64,000 nucleotides of DNA from Dicyema japonicum (lineage: Eukaryota; Animalia; Dicyemida), in the NCBI GenBank assembly GCA_011109175.1, contig RDEW01000005.1, forward strand, positions 1,422,657 to 1,486,656. The letters are read 5' to 3'. Below are positions 1 through 12,026 of this stretch, piece after piece. The notes below the pieces were generated by a model. That model had not been told where the DNA came from, did not search any database, and worked only from the letters and a program-made list of their open reading frames with translations. The position numbers were made by a program, and so were the translations under genes. Within the stretch, counting starts at the first letter, position 1. Every line of letters begins with the position of its first letter.

Positions 1-1308
1 AATTCCATTATAAAAATTTTGTTCTGCTCAGGGTCATTTTCTTCTAAAACAGATTCGATAGCTTTTTCAAATTTTTCATTGATGAAATGACCATTAAGAT
101 CCTCGATCGGTGTAAACACTTTTTCCCAACAATTAATAATAATTTCTGATGAAACCTCCTTTCATGCATCAGAAATCAATAATAGCACTTGAAGTAAGTT
201 TATCTTCTTTAGGGACTCGATAAAAAATTCTTGATCGTCAGTGAAACATAAAAAATCTATTAAAGATGTAAAATAGTGGCCTTTGAAAGATTTGATAATT
301 TCACAATCCAGTGGCTGAAGTATAGGGTTGTATTTTTAGGTAGGAAAAATAATTCTATGTTAGAGAATTCCATATTATTATGAGGCCCAGCATTGTCCAA
401 TAGCAGAATAATTTTCCGATTTTGTGATAAAAAATTGTTCATTAATCCTATGAAGCCAACATCTAAACACATCTTTTGTCATCCATGCAGTTTTGGATGA
501 AGAATACACAACATTATGGTTTGACGGGAGGAAATTTTTGAAGCACCTTGGATTACGAAACTTTCCAATAATCAAAGAGTCTAATTTTTTTCCTGTTCGT
601 CGCAATTGAAAATGTTTTGTTTTCCATATTCGTCAACTTTGATATTAAATTGAATTAAAAACTCATCAATCATGGAACTGTCACTTGAAATTTTTTCCAG
701 ACAATTTTAAACTTAAGTTCATGTCTTAATTTGAATTTTTCTAACCATCCGTTTGAAGCCTTAAAATTTTGAAGTAAGATTACAGACTCAACTTTCATTT
801 CTAATACAATGGTTTTAAGAATTGCAATAATACCGATTTTTTGGATTAAAGGTACGGAGATGGGAACATTTTATTTTCTTGGTGTTGAAATACATCCAAC
901 ACCTTTGAATCCAAAGTTTATGCTTTCACTAGTGACTGACTCTGAAGTCTCTGCATTTGAATAATTTTGTCCGTTTTTTATGAATGGAACAATGTTTCTC
1001 TTGATTCTAGAGATTGTTCCGATATTTGTGTCGAACATTCTCGCGAGTTTTCGAATTGAATGCTCTTTTTTTGAAAGAAGTTTAGCAATTTCAACTTTTT
1101 TATCGTAGTTTTAGCCCATAAAATATGTAGATAACTTTAAGACAAGCAAAAAATGAACAAAAAACGTGATTTAACGATTAATTGTAGTAAAATATAGAAA
1201 CTGTAAAATTTAATTTTAAATTAAAATAATTATGTTTCAAATCTCGAGGGTGTATCAAAAACAGAGGTGTTCCACCCTCGAGGTCCGTTCCAAAAATAGG
1301 TTAGACTG
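1..1308 (-). mobile_element. pogo/Tigger (CENP-B-like HTH + DDE_1) DNA transposon, decayed; other end outside the window
   Basis: Minus-strand fragments: start at 1119 (MG*NYDKKVEIAK), FKASNGWLEKFK (Tc5-type HTH), KTAWMTKDVF, KIILLLDNAGPH and ELFFLPKNTT. The terminus reads TA|CAGTCTAACC on the minus strand (element end 1308, TA at 1309-1310). Confidence 0.85.
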
Positions 1309-1310
1309 TA

Positions 1311-2280
1311 TAGTGAAGTCCTTCTAATTGGCTAATTCTCAAGAGACCTAGAGAAATACAAAGTGGATATCGGATTCCTTCAGGAAACTAAACTGACTAA
1401 TTGATTTGAACCATGGAGAGTATCACCTAATTTGCCTGTTTAGTGAAGTCAACCACTATGACATAGTGTTTGCTATAAGGAGTTATTTGGCTTCCCTTAT
1501 ATTCTGGTACTTGAGCATAACTACACGATTGGTGTTCCACAAGCTAAAATGAATTATTAACTAATAATTATAAACATGTAAACACCCCACAGTCGATGGA
1601 TTGACAAGAATCCAGTAAAAATTGACGATTTCTTTACTGAACTCAGCAGTATATTATGAACATGAACGTTGTAATCTAGTCAGCTTAAAGAACCAACATT
1701 TTCTTGCTTAGGATCGAGGAGAAAGTTAAAGGATATCTATCAGCACACCATAGTGATTTCCGAAAGAGAAGATCTGTATGGAATCATATATGGAGATGTG
1801 AAAATGTACAAACGGCGGCAACAATCCAAGGAATTTATATGAACCCACAATTCTTTCAGTATCCCAGACTCAATGAAGTGATTGAAAGATTTCTAGACAC
1901 ATCCACTACCAACTGATAAGAATTCTCCGATCAGTCATAGTTGGGAGAGTAAGTTCAAAACCATTCAAAACGACAGCGAAGAGCCCGTGTCGTTCTGAGG
2001 GCTCTCCAAAATATCAAACAGAATTGTGTACAAGAGGAAAAATTGTTGACAACCTAGATTGAAATCATGGAAATTAGATGGAGGCTCTTCGGACACGTTC
2101 TGAAAATAGACCTGGTGGCCAAGAAGGACTTCTTTACCTCTGACGCTTTCCGATTATGTGGACGACCGAGGACCTAGATGGGTAACTCCAAAAGATTGTG
2201 AGACGATTAAGAGAGGAAAGATGATCTAGATGGAATATGTGAGCTTGCATATGACAGGGCAGGTAGATGAGAATGACTTT
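1311..2280 (+). mobile_element. RTE-like LINE, internally deleted and decayed (same family as 58411-61435)
   Basis: RDLEKYKVDIGFLQETKL (APE N-terminus) at ~1345, joined to C-terminal motifs KISNRIVYKR, RWRLFGHVLKI and GRPRT at 2005-2180. All align to the intact 980-aa ORF. Confidence 0.7.
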
Positions 2281-2733
2281 GTTATTAGTCTCTCGAGTTG
2301 CACATGGTTTGTCATTACCATGCAAGACTTGATAATAGAGAGCAAGAATCCACATTTCATTGTATGAAATTTCTGACTAAAAAAATTCAATTTCTAAAGT
2401 TAAACTTTTATCGGCAAAAAAAGGGAACTTGAAAGGTATGCGTAAAAAATAAAACAATCATGATAAGAGCTTCAGGAAACTTAATCAGAATAAAATTAGA
2501 TTGAATAAGTTGCATAGACTCGACAATGTCAGTAACAGTACTCCACTTTTTGTCGCGTTATTATTATTAGCTAACCTTGAAAACTTCGACGGTGCCAGCA
2601 ACATAAAAAGAAGACTCTCTTTTTGTGTGTAAGACTTTCACGAAAGTCAGAGTACTTATAAACCCGCATGTACAGCAAAATAAACAATTCTTAATGTCAA
2701 TCTCTTCCACACACCTCGATTGTTAGTTTAGGT

Positions 2734-3639
2734 CAGTGGTTCCCAACCTTAAGGTGCTCGCTAAACTCTTTTGGGTTAATTTATTTTTTGCGGAACCCTT
2801 ACAATTATTACAATTTTTACTTAAAACATAATAGTAATAACCAAAAACAATTTTAATGTGAAAATTGAGGTAACTCTTCATCATAGCATAGTTGTGTAGC
2901 ATTAGGAGTTATTGGTTACAACTGTATCCTCATATCAGGTAAGATTTGGTAGATGTATATGTTGAAAACCCGACTCAGGGAAAGGTAATAGTTTACGTAT
3001 TGCCTTTTCTAAGATATCAGGATATTTTGAAATGTATGTTCTCCGAAAATTAAAAGGGGATTCATTATATATATGATTAAACGTTGATTCTGTTGTTAAA
3101 GCATTAAGATGTTCATATAAATTGATGTTATATTACTTTAACTTTGAACGATTTTGATCCCAATCGTCATCAAATTTATCCGGCAAATATTTCGCAGTGT
3201 TATCATCCAAATTTACCAAATGATCTTTGATGTCCTGAAATACTGTGTCATCCAATGCGCATTTTGAATGAAGATACTCTTGCAGAACGACAAAGCATTT
3301 AATGTTATTTTTAATACGGATGACCGTCAAAATTTGTTCGCCATAGATACACTCGATGATCTTTTTTGAACATGGCCTTATAAGATTTTCGTCAATTGTA
3401 TGTGCCTCTCCATAGCGAGCTACAGGATAACTCACCTGCTTAATTAAAATAATTCAATACTTCATAATATGCTCTGGTCGATTTTAAGTTGTCGTCTTTC
3501 GAAAAATTTGACATTCCAAAATGCACTTGTAGATAATAATTAAAAACTATTATTATTAATTTATAATAAATTTCGCGGAACCCTAAAACTGGCTACGCGG
3601 AACCCTGGGGTTCCCCGGAACCCATGTTGAGAATCACTG
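2734..3639 (-). mobile_element. hAT (Buster/Charlie-type) internal-deletion derivative
   Basis: TIRs CAGTGGTTCCCAACCT and (rc) CAGTGATTCTCAACAT. 8-bp flanks gtttaggt / aattaggt fit nnnTAnnn (6/8 identical). ORF 3133-3435 SYPVARYGEAHTIDENLIRPC resembles the Charlie-type transposase N-terminal region, fused to C-terminal remnants (LLPFP..ESGFST, DMR). Confidence 0.85.
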
Positions 3640-3978
3640 AATTAGGTGATTCACGTATTTCAACTCTAGTTGCTAAGGCAATAATGTGTCTCGTTTCTCG
3701 ATTTGATAACAATCTCAGAAGACTCCTTGCATTCAATACTAGGAGTATATCAAAGACCTGTAACGTTTCCGTGGAAAAATCCACTTCGTTTTGTGATCAA
3801 AACGTTTGATATAGGATTTGATTAATCTTTCCCTGATAAATATCTTCATTTCCTTCTGGATCTTTTTGTTAACATAAGAGACTGCATTATCGAGCGAGTT
3901 GAATCGTACTGCGTTGAAATCGGATAAGTTCATGTCCACATATTGAGCAAAGCTTTTCCAATTCAGGTCAGTGGACAT
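3640..3978 (-). CDS. Putative unknown gene, head-to-head with PNKP, apparently interrupted by the hAT insertion
   Basis: ATG at 3978 next to an AT-rich spacer; 79-aa ORF MSTDLNWKSFAQYVDMNL; coding-like sequence continues beyond the hAT. No family recognised. Confidence 0.3.
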
Positions 3979-4004
3979 TTAAAATATTTTGTTAGAAAAA
4001 TAAA

Positions 4005-4269
4005 GGCCATTAATTTATAATTTAAAAAAAGGACAAAACATTAGATAGCTTCCGCCCTCACTGTGTGGCTGTTCCCTCTCAGAATTGAGAGCGAAATTCG
4101 CTCAAACAGCCAGCGGCGTTCGCGGAGATCTTCAGTGCATGAGGTAATCCGGTTTCCAAGACGTCCGAAAAACTCTAGTGTAGAGGAGGAGTAGGATCCG
4201 GAAGTCTCCATAGCAAGGGAACAAATTGGACATTTTCGGGAAGGTCGGATAGTCGAAAAATAAATATAT
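4005..4269 (-). mobile_element. CRE-like (RLE-type) non-LTR retrotransposon, short 3' fragment
   Basis: The reverse complement (cgctggctgtttgagcgaatttcgctctcaattctgagagggaacagccacacagt) matches the 3' ends at 24190-24250 and 40915-40975. Imperfect ~25-bp direct repeats flank it (3980-4004, 4270-4297). Confidence 0.8.
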
Positions 4270-4318
4270 TAAAAATATTTTATGTTAGGAAAATAAATTT
4301 AGTTTTAAAGTAAAATTA

Positions 4319-5561
4319 ATGAAATCGAAATCTACTGATGTTCCGATGCTTGTATGGAATACTTATAATTTAAAAAATGCTTCTGGAACTGATGAAAGAG
4401 TTGTGTATGCAAGTAATTCTGCGACAACCAAAAGATGTCGAATTCCTGTTAAAATTACTGCGTTTGATGTAGACTGGTCTCTAGTTAAGCCTAAATCACG
4501 TGGAATCCACCCTCTAGGTAATTAATGGAGATAATTGAAGATTCAAACGATTGGATGTGGATGTATGATAATATACCCACGTGTCTTTCAAATTTATATG
4601 AGAATGGATCTAAAATCGTTTTCTTTACCAATCAAAAAATGTCAGGCTACTCTGCCGAAACTCTCAAAAGTTTTCAAAAAAAAGATTGAGTCGGTTATGG
4701 GTTCTATTGATTACGTTGAATACACCATAATGTCCGTAATCCGCGGAAATCTATTCAGGAAGCCTTCCGTCCGTCTGTGGGAATTATATGAAGACATCTT
4801 CCACTGAACGTAGACAGGGCGGAGAGTATTTTCATTGGTGACGCCGCTGGGAGAATCAACGACTTTGCTTGTAGTGATCGCCAATTTGCAAAGAACGTCG
4901 GCTGTGGTACTCCACATTATTAATTGTACTAGATTTTAAGACTCCAGAGGAATTTTTTCTTAAAACAGAGCCTGAACCATTCAGGTGGATGTCTTATGAG
5001 CCGAATATTAGCTCCTCCAATGCTGAAACAATCCCATCCGTTGTGGTCGACTATAAACTTTAATTTAGGCGGGGGAGGTCGTTTTTGTGACTGGATGCCC
5101 GTGTAGTGGGAAAACCAGACTAGCCAGGTTGATTTGTCATATGAATAATGCCCACATGGTCGAAATATCCTCCAAGTTTTTAATTAAAGTCATACTATTT
5201 AAGTGATCACTAGGATATTCAAGAGGGAATAACACGTGGGCAGGGGATAGTTGTAGACGGACTGTATAGAAGGAGACAGGAAAGAATATCCTTAGTAAAG
5301 AAAATGAGAGGTCTTCCTGTGTTAATGAAATGTGTAATGATGGGCGGGGGTTTGATGCTGGCACAACATCTTAGTGCTGTGAGGCATTTTGCGAGTGATG
5401 GGAAGATTGATTGTGTCAGAAAATGCGAATTTTGTCGTTTTAGAGAGGAATTTACATTTCCAACAGTTAATGATGGATTTTATTCTGTTGTTGAACATAA
5501 ATTTGTTTATGACCCCAATGAGGATCAAAAGAACCTCTTTAGTCACTTTTATACTTTATAG
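4319..5561 (+). CDS. PNKP: Bifunctional polynucleotide kinase 3'-phosphatase, no FHA domain seen; 4 mini-introns; 2 apparent frameshifts
   Basis: AFDVDWSLVKPKS, IVFFTNQ, FRKP, IFIGDAAGR..DFACSDRQFAKNVG, FKTPEEFFL, P-loop GCPCSGKT, F..PT..DGF. Introns of 23-26 nt. Frameshifts at the A8 run 4676-4683 and near 4795. Confidence 0.92.
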
Positions 5562-6109
5562 ATCATTTCTTTATTTTTATCAAAATTTATAGTTTATCTA
5601 ACAAAAATTCTGAATCTCATTTAAATGAGATTTTATAAATATTTACTTATGGGAGAAGTTATTGCTAGGTAGGATCAACCTCAGTTAAGCTGCCTGCTGT
5701 CACAAATTGTAGGCTGACATTGTGAACAAGTGGCGATATTATAGAAAAATGATACCCTAGTTCGGTGGTTCTCAATCTGTGCGATGTCGCCCAAATTGGG
5801 TGGCGGAATTTTAATTATTGATTTTTTTAATTTTTATAGAAAGTTGTCACATCAAATAGATGAGTCACTACTCTGTGACAATCAAACAATTCTTAAGGCA
5901 AATGTCATCTATAAATAATAAAATATAGCAAATTTGATTTTTCGTTGATAATTCTATTCTTCAAAAAGATTAACTGTTAAACCATTGATGTTAGATAAAA
6001 CTGGAAAAGAGATGTTTTCTCATAAGAATTATATTTTTGAAAAAAGTATTCCATTAGAAAATTCCCTGGAATATTTAGTGTATATATTTTTAAAAGTTTT
6101 TCGAATCTC

Positions 6110-6491
6110 CTTTATCGTCGGAGCTTCTGCGTAAACAATTTGTTCTACCAAGCATCGAGTACGCTTGTGTAGCATGAATTGTCCCGTTCTCGCTATTAGC
6201 TCAGAGCAAACGGAGGTGTTACAAAAGCGATGCCTTAAAATACTATTAAGATCGCCAAAACAAATTTCCACTAAACACTAAACGTCGCTCCTATCATGGA
6301 ATATATTACAGAACGTCGGTGAGACTTCCTTAAAATGACAAAATTTCTTGAGCATCGGCCCAGAAGTCAAACTTTATCTGGAAACTTGCCCAATATACGA
6401 GAAGAAATCTTCCCATTGTAGAGATTAACCCAGAATTCCTAAACTAACCACAGGAGAAAGCTAGGTGTGGACATCAGGATCACTTAATTTA
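6110..6491 (+). mobile_element. Jockey/I-group LINE (family A) 3' fragment
   Basis: KQFVLPSIEYA..EVLQKRCLKILL; ends with the family terminus GGATCACTTAATT. Confidence 0.65.
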
Positions 6492-6539
6492 TATAATGTT
6501 CTTGTGGTTCTGGAGATAACAAATTAAATTCAGTAACAT

Positions 6540-6826
6540 GTCGTACGCCACTCCAAGAACTGAAGGAGAACTTGATACAGGTATTAGAACAAATCCGATG
6601 AAAAATCCAGGTTCTTGCAACGCAACGTCAGTCTGGAGTGAATACAGAACATGTGGGATTTGCTACCCTACGCAGGCAGTGCAACTCTCAACAATACACA
6701 GCCACGACGTGTTATATGAGAAGGGTATACATCACCCCTCTCCGCCCACAGAGAAGTTGCGTTGGAACCCAGAAGGCGCACGAGGAGAAAATGAGAGATA
6801 GAGACCTTCGAGATCACTTAATTTAG
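6540..6826 (+). mobile_element. Second family-A LINE 3' fragment in tandem
   Basis: Ends with AGATCACTTAATTT, like 6477-6491, 7637-7651 (minus) and 37147-37160. Confidence 0.5.
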
Positions 6827-7636
6827 TAATTAACTATTGGTGTTCTTGGGTTAATAATAAAGAACATGTCGACTTGTTGGTTTATATAGAAAGGCGGTTG
6901 GTTATCAACCAATTGTAGACGCCATCCATATTCAGCAGGGCATTAGAGGTTGTGACTAACCTCTAACGGCTTCGTGCTGTGATGATTACATATTTAAGTT
7001 AACTCATAAAGTGTTGCCCATTGGGGTCGCCACATGTTAAAAATATCCTTCAATACAAAAAGGAGGGATAGTTTTGGGACGTGATCATTGTAAAAGAATT
7101 TACAAATTGGCCAAAGTAATCAAAAGATGAGAGAGCTGAGATATGATTGTAATGTGCTTCATAGTGGTCTTATTTATGTGTATTAAAGATAAATCGTTTC
7201 TCATAATAGTGAGTAAACATCCACCGGAACCTATCCCACAATTCTTACAAATCACAGTGTATCCTTGGGGATATGCTGTTGGTGATTAGATGGAGAGCTT
7301 ATATTCCCGAGACATGATTTTCTGAAAGGAGAGCCCGAGGTTCTATGATTTTCAGTCTGATTCCATTTACAGGTGTAATATTATTAAATCTCCGCGAGGA
7401 CCAGGGTTTTCTTCGACATACGAAAAACAAAAGTACAGAGCATGATGGCACCAAACGGAATCGGAGGTAGATAAGCTAACCACCACAAACGACGAACCAA
7501 TTTCTCCATAAGGAGAAGAGTCACAAGACACCACACTAGCATAATCATTTCACCGTCCACGAAATCGAGAAAGGTCGATATCTACACTTTATTTTATTAA
7601 CCCCGAAATCACGAGAAAGAGGATAAAAGTTATCGT

Positions 7637-8640
7637 CTAATTAAGTGATCCCGGTGTCCATACAAGTCCTTTTCCTGCGGTTAGTTTTGGACTCCTGGAT
7701 TAATCTCCACAACGGAGACGGTTTCTTCTCATATCTTGGGCAGTCGTCCAAATATAACATGATGTCCGGCCGGAGGAAATGGTCAGGGGACTTTGCCATC
7801 TTGAGGAAGTCCCGGTGACGCCCGTAAGGTATTAAATGATTTGGAGGACGTTTAGTGTTATCCGTAGTAACGAAGTGGATGTCTTTTTCGACAATCTCAA
7901 TAGTATTATGAGACATCGGTTTTGTAGAACTTCCAGTTTGCTCTGTGCCGTGGTGTTGCCCGTATTTCTTTTCTTGTTGAGGTAAACGTCATTACATGTG
8001 ACTTTCCTGGTGATATATTCAGACGGTTCTTCGGGAACCAAAGACCCATCTGGTTTAATAGATCTTCACAGACCGTGTCGCCTCCTCGATTCTTCGATGT
8101 TTCACTGGGACCACGAGATCATCCGCATATGATAAAATAATTTTATTTTTGGTGGTTGGGGATGGTAGGTCACTGAGAACATGTTGAAGAGCATTGGTGG
8201 CAACAGTGATCCTTGTGGAACTCCATTTGGAAGGTATCTCGGTTTTGATTTTTGGTTGTTTGTCACAACTTGGCCCATTCGACCGTTGATGAAGTTAGCC
8301 AACCATGACTTTAATTCAGGGTGGATCGAATTTTTGCTGTAAGAATCTTCATTTTTCTGCATCTTTATCAAGACGATTCTCTCGTGTGGAATTGGGGTAT
8401 TCAGGCCGTCCGTTATGAATTGAACCAGTACTGTTAAATGAGTTGTTGTTGAGGATCCTTCGCGGAATCCATGTAGAAAAGATGGTAGAGAGATGAAAGG
8501 TCGGATCTTGAGAAGGATCAGTTTTTCTAACACTCGTGATAAGGCGCAGATTATGAATACCAAATGGTAGGAGGACGGCAATTTTGTGGGTTTTTTTTTT
8601 CAGGATAGGGTATATCCGTGATTTCTTCCATATTGACGGA
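7637..8640 (-). mobile_element. Family-A LINE, 5'-truncated and decayed (RT + 3' end)
   Basis: LSRVLEKLIL..LHGFREGSSTT, NGVPQGSLLPPMLFN, KLEVLQNRCL. The ORF ends ...DTGIT* at the family terminus. Confidence 0.85.
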
Positions 8641-8780
8641 ATCGCTTTAAAGAAAGGTCGAATCTACAATTTATTTAATTCTACATTTTAATGAAACACT
8701 TTAAGAAAGGTTAAAAATTAACAAATATAATTGACTTTTAAATTTTAAATTAATAAAAATTAATAAAAGTTTGAATAGGG

Positions 8781-9960
8781 ATGAGGTGTATTAGTGACTT
8801 TGAAAAGTCAGAAAGTGACAAAAAATTGTTAAAAAGAAGAATAAATAAAGTAAAATAAATATTAAAACATGTAGTTTATGAAGAAATTATCAATTCTCAA
8901 TGAAAAAATCAAAAGTGGTAAACCTTCCAATAACCCAATGGTAATAGTATATTAATTTCTAAGCTTTATGATATTAACTCAAGTCTTTTTCTGAAGGTAA
9001 ATTCTAATTATAAATTAAAGGGAGGTCAAAGTGGGAATCCTCAGAATGACTACAGTCAATATTCGATCGACACCGGACAGAGACCACAGAATTTTATTTT
9101 GGACTATGGATTGGCGGACAGATTCATTGAATACCCAAAACTGAGGGAACTCATTAGATTAAAGGACAAAATTGTGGCCGACTCAGCCATTCCTGCCACG
9201 TTTATACTATTATTCAAGATAGTGGTCTCAAGTGTGATCTAAGGGACTTTAATTTTAACAGCATGTTGATTAAATTTGATGTAATTTTGATTGATCCCCC
9301 ACTGTTCGAGTACAGGTGGAGAAATGGGTTCCACAGTGATGACTATTGGTCATGGGAGGAAGTCTGGTCTTTTATAATGAATAGATAAAGTCACTCAACA
9401 TTCAGGACTTGGCTTCTGAGAAGTGTTTTATATGGCTTTGGTGTGGGTCCTCTGATGGACTAGAGGATGCGAGGAGTGCTTTGACCGGTGGGGATTTAGA
9501 AGGTGTGAGGATGTCTGTTGGGTTAAGACTGATAAGACCGGAAAGAGACACGTGCATTCCAATTCAATCCTTTATTCAACGAAGGTAGTCTTGGTTGATT
9601 TATCAGGAACACTGTTTGATGGGGATTAAGGGAACAGTGCTGAGAAACTGTGACACTAACTTTATTCATTCAAATATTGACATTGATGTGATATTGGAGG
9701 AGGAGGCACCCTTTGGTACTCGAAGGAAGCCGGAAGAGATCTTTTCTATTATCGAACATTTTTGTCTTGGAAGAAGGCGGGTTCATTTGTTTGGGGATGA
9801 CAGTACTCTCAGGCCTGGGTGGGTCACTTTGGGGAAGGACATATCAGAGTCTAATTTTGAAAATAATAATATCGTCGCATATTTTCCTTCCCCCTTTTCG
9901 TGGCTGACTGGTTGTACTGAAGATATTGAACAGTTGAGACCAAAATCACCCAAAAATTGA
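8781..9960 (+). CDS. METTL14: m6A methyltransferase complex subunit METTL14; 6 introns of 22-25 nt; 1 apparent frameshift
   Basis: [105 protein letters not shown]. One base missing near 9472-9476. Confidence 0.95.
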
Positions 9961-10099
9961 TTATTTGTTACTTTGTGTACATTCTTATGAATTTTAACCT
10001 GCTTAACATAGGGTTTTCTCACAGAGATAAGGATAATTGAGATGTAGTTATTGATCTCACAAAACTGTGTTTATTAATGACCCCGGATATATCGGAGAG

Positions 10100-11510
10100 G
10101 TGAAGAGCTATGGTTAATTAATGCATAGACATTTCGTATTCAAGCATCAGTCCATCCATTGTAGGAACCCACATAGTGGAGCAGGAAAGAAGCAGATTCT
10201 TTGTGGATCCCGGCCAGAGATTGGACGTCAGCTGAGATAAGTGGATTAGTTGACGCCTCTTAGGAATTGATGAAAGCTCAAAGTAAAACGGAGTCCCTCG
10301 ACCTGGCAGGTAGCGGTGTGGGACTCGAGCGACCACTATGTATTAAATATTGAATTCTTGATATCTATTCGTTTTACTATGAAACCTGATCTGACAGTCG
10401 TTGTTTAGAATCCAAAAGATGGACTTTTCAGCCAAGGTCAATTCTAGTCAAACAGACCCACCCGTGAAACGACGAGTCCTTTTCTTCAGGTTGTTCATCG
10501 TTACCCATGCGAGGGCTTTTCTTCTGGCAATATCTTGTCTCCAAGTAAAGAGTCAAGTTTGTTAGTTTTGCCCCATGTTCCACTTGATCTGCTTTCTATT
10601 CTCCTGATTTCCACAATGTCGGTTTTTGCAATGTTCATTCTGAGGAATCATCTGTTCAGCCCAGCAGGTGCCAACTCGAGGAGTCGAAGTAGGGGGGATT
10701 TGTCTTCTAAAACAAAGTCGACGTCGTCCGCGTAAGCAATTTCCACGATGTTGCCATCATAGAACTTCCGAAGGTCTCGTAATCCAGTCTCCAGATATAT
10801 GACAAATATCAGGAGCGAGAGGGAATCTCCCTAGGGAGTACCTACATTGCATGTAAATTCACGGGAAAACGTCTTACAGACGCGGACTCTGAGCTTCGTG
10901 TTAGATAGCAACACTCTGATCATACTGACAGAATCAGGGTCCAAGAATTGTTCCAGTATCCTGAGAAGTAGACCGCGGCGGACCGTGTAAGGGCCCTGAA
11001 TAGGTCTAGGACTGTTGTTGTACTTTCGAATCTTTTATTGATAGCGCAGTGCCACTTGTGGCTCCATACTAGATCCTCAGTTTATCATCCTGTCCTGAGT
11101 AGGGGATAGATAGTTGTCCATTTGTTCTATGAATTCTGTTTAACGTATCTAATAATAATACTGCATTTTACGAGCTCTCACTTTATTAGCTCTCACTCCC
11201 CCAGGCAGACCACACACTTCATGTCAGCGCAAAATTGGGGGAAGCTATCAACACAAGTTGCAAGTATTTCCCACCCTTCCAAGGAAAGAGTCGTCCTGTC
11301 AGGACTTTTTTCCTAAGTCAAGTCCGGTTTCAGTTGCACATTGTCCTCGGCTTCAAGTCTTCCCGCGATAAGTTCGGTTATCACCCTGTGCCTCACGCTC
11401 CTACCATCGTTCCGTCGACATGGGCTGTAAGTTCTTTTATGCCAACCGTATTGGCTCAGAAAAAATTAATCCGGAACAAGACTCCTATTTTTGTTGAAGA
11501 TTGTTATGAA
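10100..11510 (-). mobile_element. RTE-like LINE remnant (RT region, decayed)
   Basis: Minus strand: GTP*GDSLS..FVIYLE, EIAYADDVDFV and GRGTP near the 3' end; colinear with the 58449 ORF. Confidence 0.75.
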
Positions 11511-12026
11511 TAATACACAGACAAGAGCTCTGAATCACGAATCGCTTTCAACAATTTTAAATTTTAATATATTCATTACTGTTTAATGACGTCATGGGTC
11601 AGATTTCCGCGCGTTCGGACGATTTTCGTGAACGCCCTATTCAAGAAAATTTCGCACGCTATTTTGAGATGGAGCTTTTGTTTCCTCACTAATTAACAGT
11701 TTTTATTTTATTAGTCATCAACATATTAGTGTTTAATGACGTCATGTTTATAAAAAAGTGATGCTCGTTCAAAAATATCGTCATCAGAGATTAACTGAAG
11801 ATCGACCATAAATATTGTAGATAAAATTTGAATATGTCATTTAATAATTAAAATATGCAAGTGACATATAATGATCGATATTATTTGTGTATTAAAATGA
11901 AAATTGCCAGCCATTTTGAAATTTAGAGTTTAAATTATAATTTTTATTTCCAACATTACTATTTTTTCAAATTCAAATAATTTTTAAATAAAGCTATTTA
12001 CTTGTTTGACATTAACTTCATCCTCG

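Larger units (their letters stand above)
5763..7045 (+). mobile_element. hAT (Charlie/Buster-like) remnant containing nested LINE 3' fragments
   Basis: Left end CGGTGGTTCTCAATCTGTG preceded by cccTAgtt. Subterminal GGGGTCGCC at ~7023. The right TIR was not found. Confidence 0.4.

Noticed and set aside
1311-2135. Apparent inverted repeat (gtgaagtccttctaattggc / gccaagaaggacttc) suggesting a second DNA transposon
   Set aside because: The interior and both motifs fall within RTE-derived coding remnants; the match is short and gapped.
6477-6826. gatcacttaattta flanking 6492-6810 read as a 14-bp TSD
   Set aside because: The motif is the conserved 3' terminus of LINE family A, also at 7640 and 37148.
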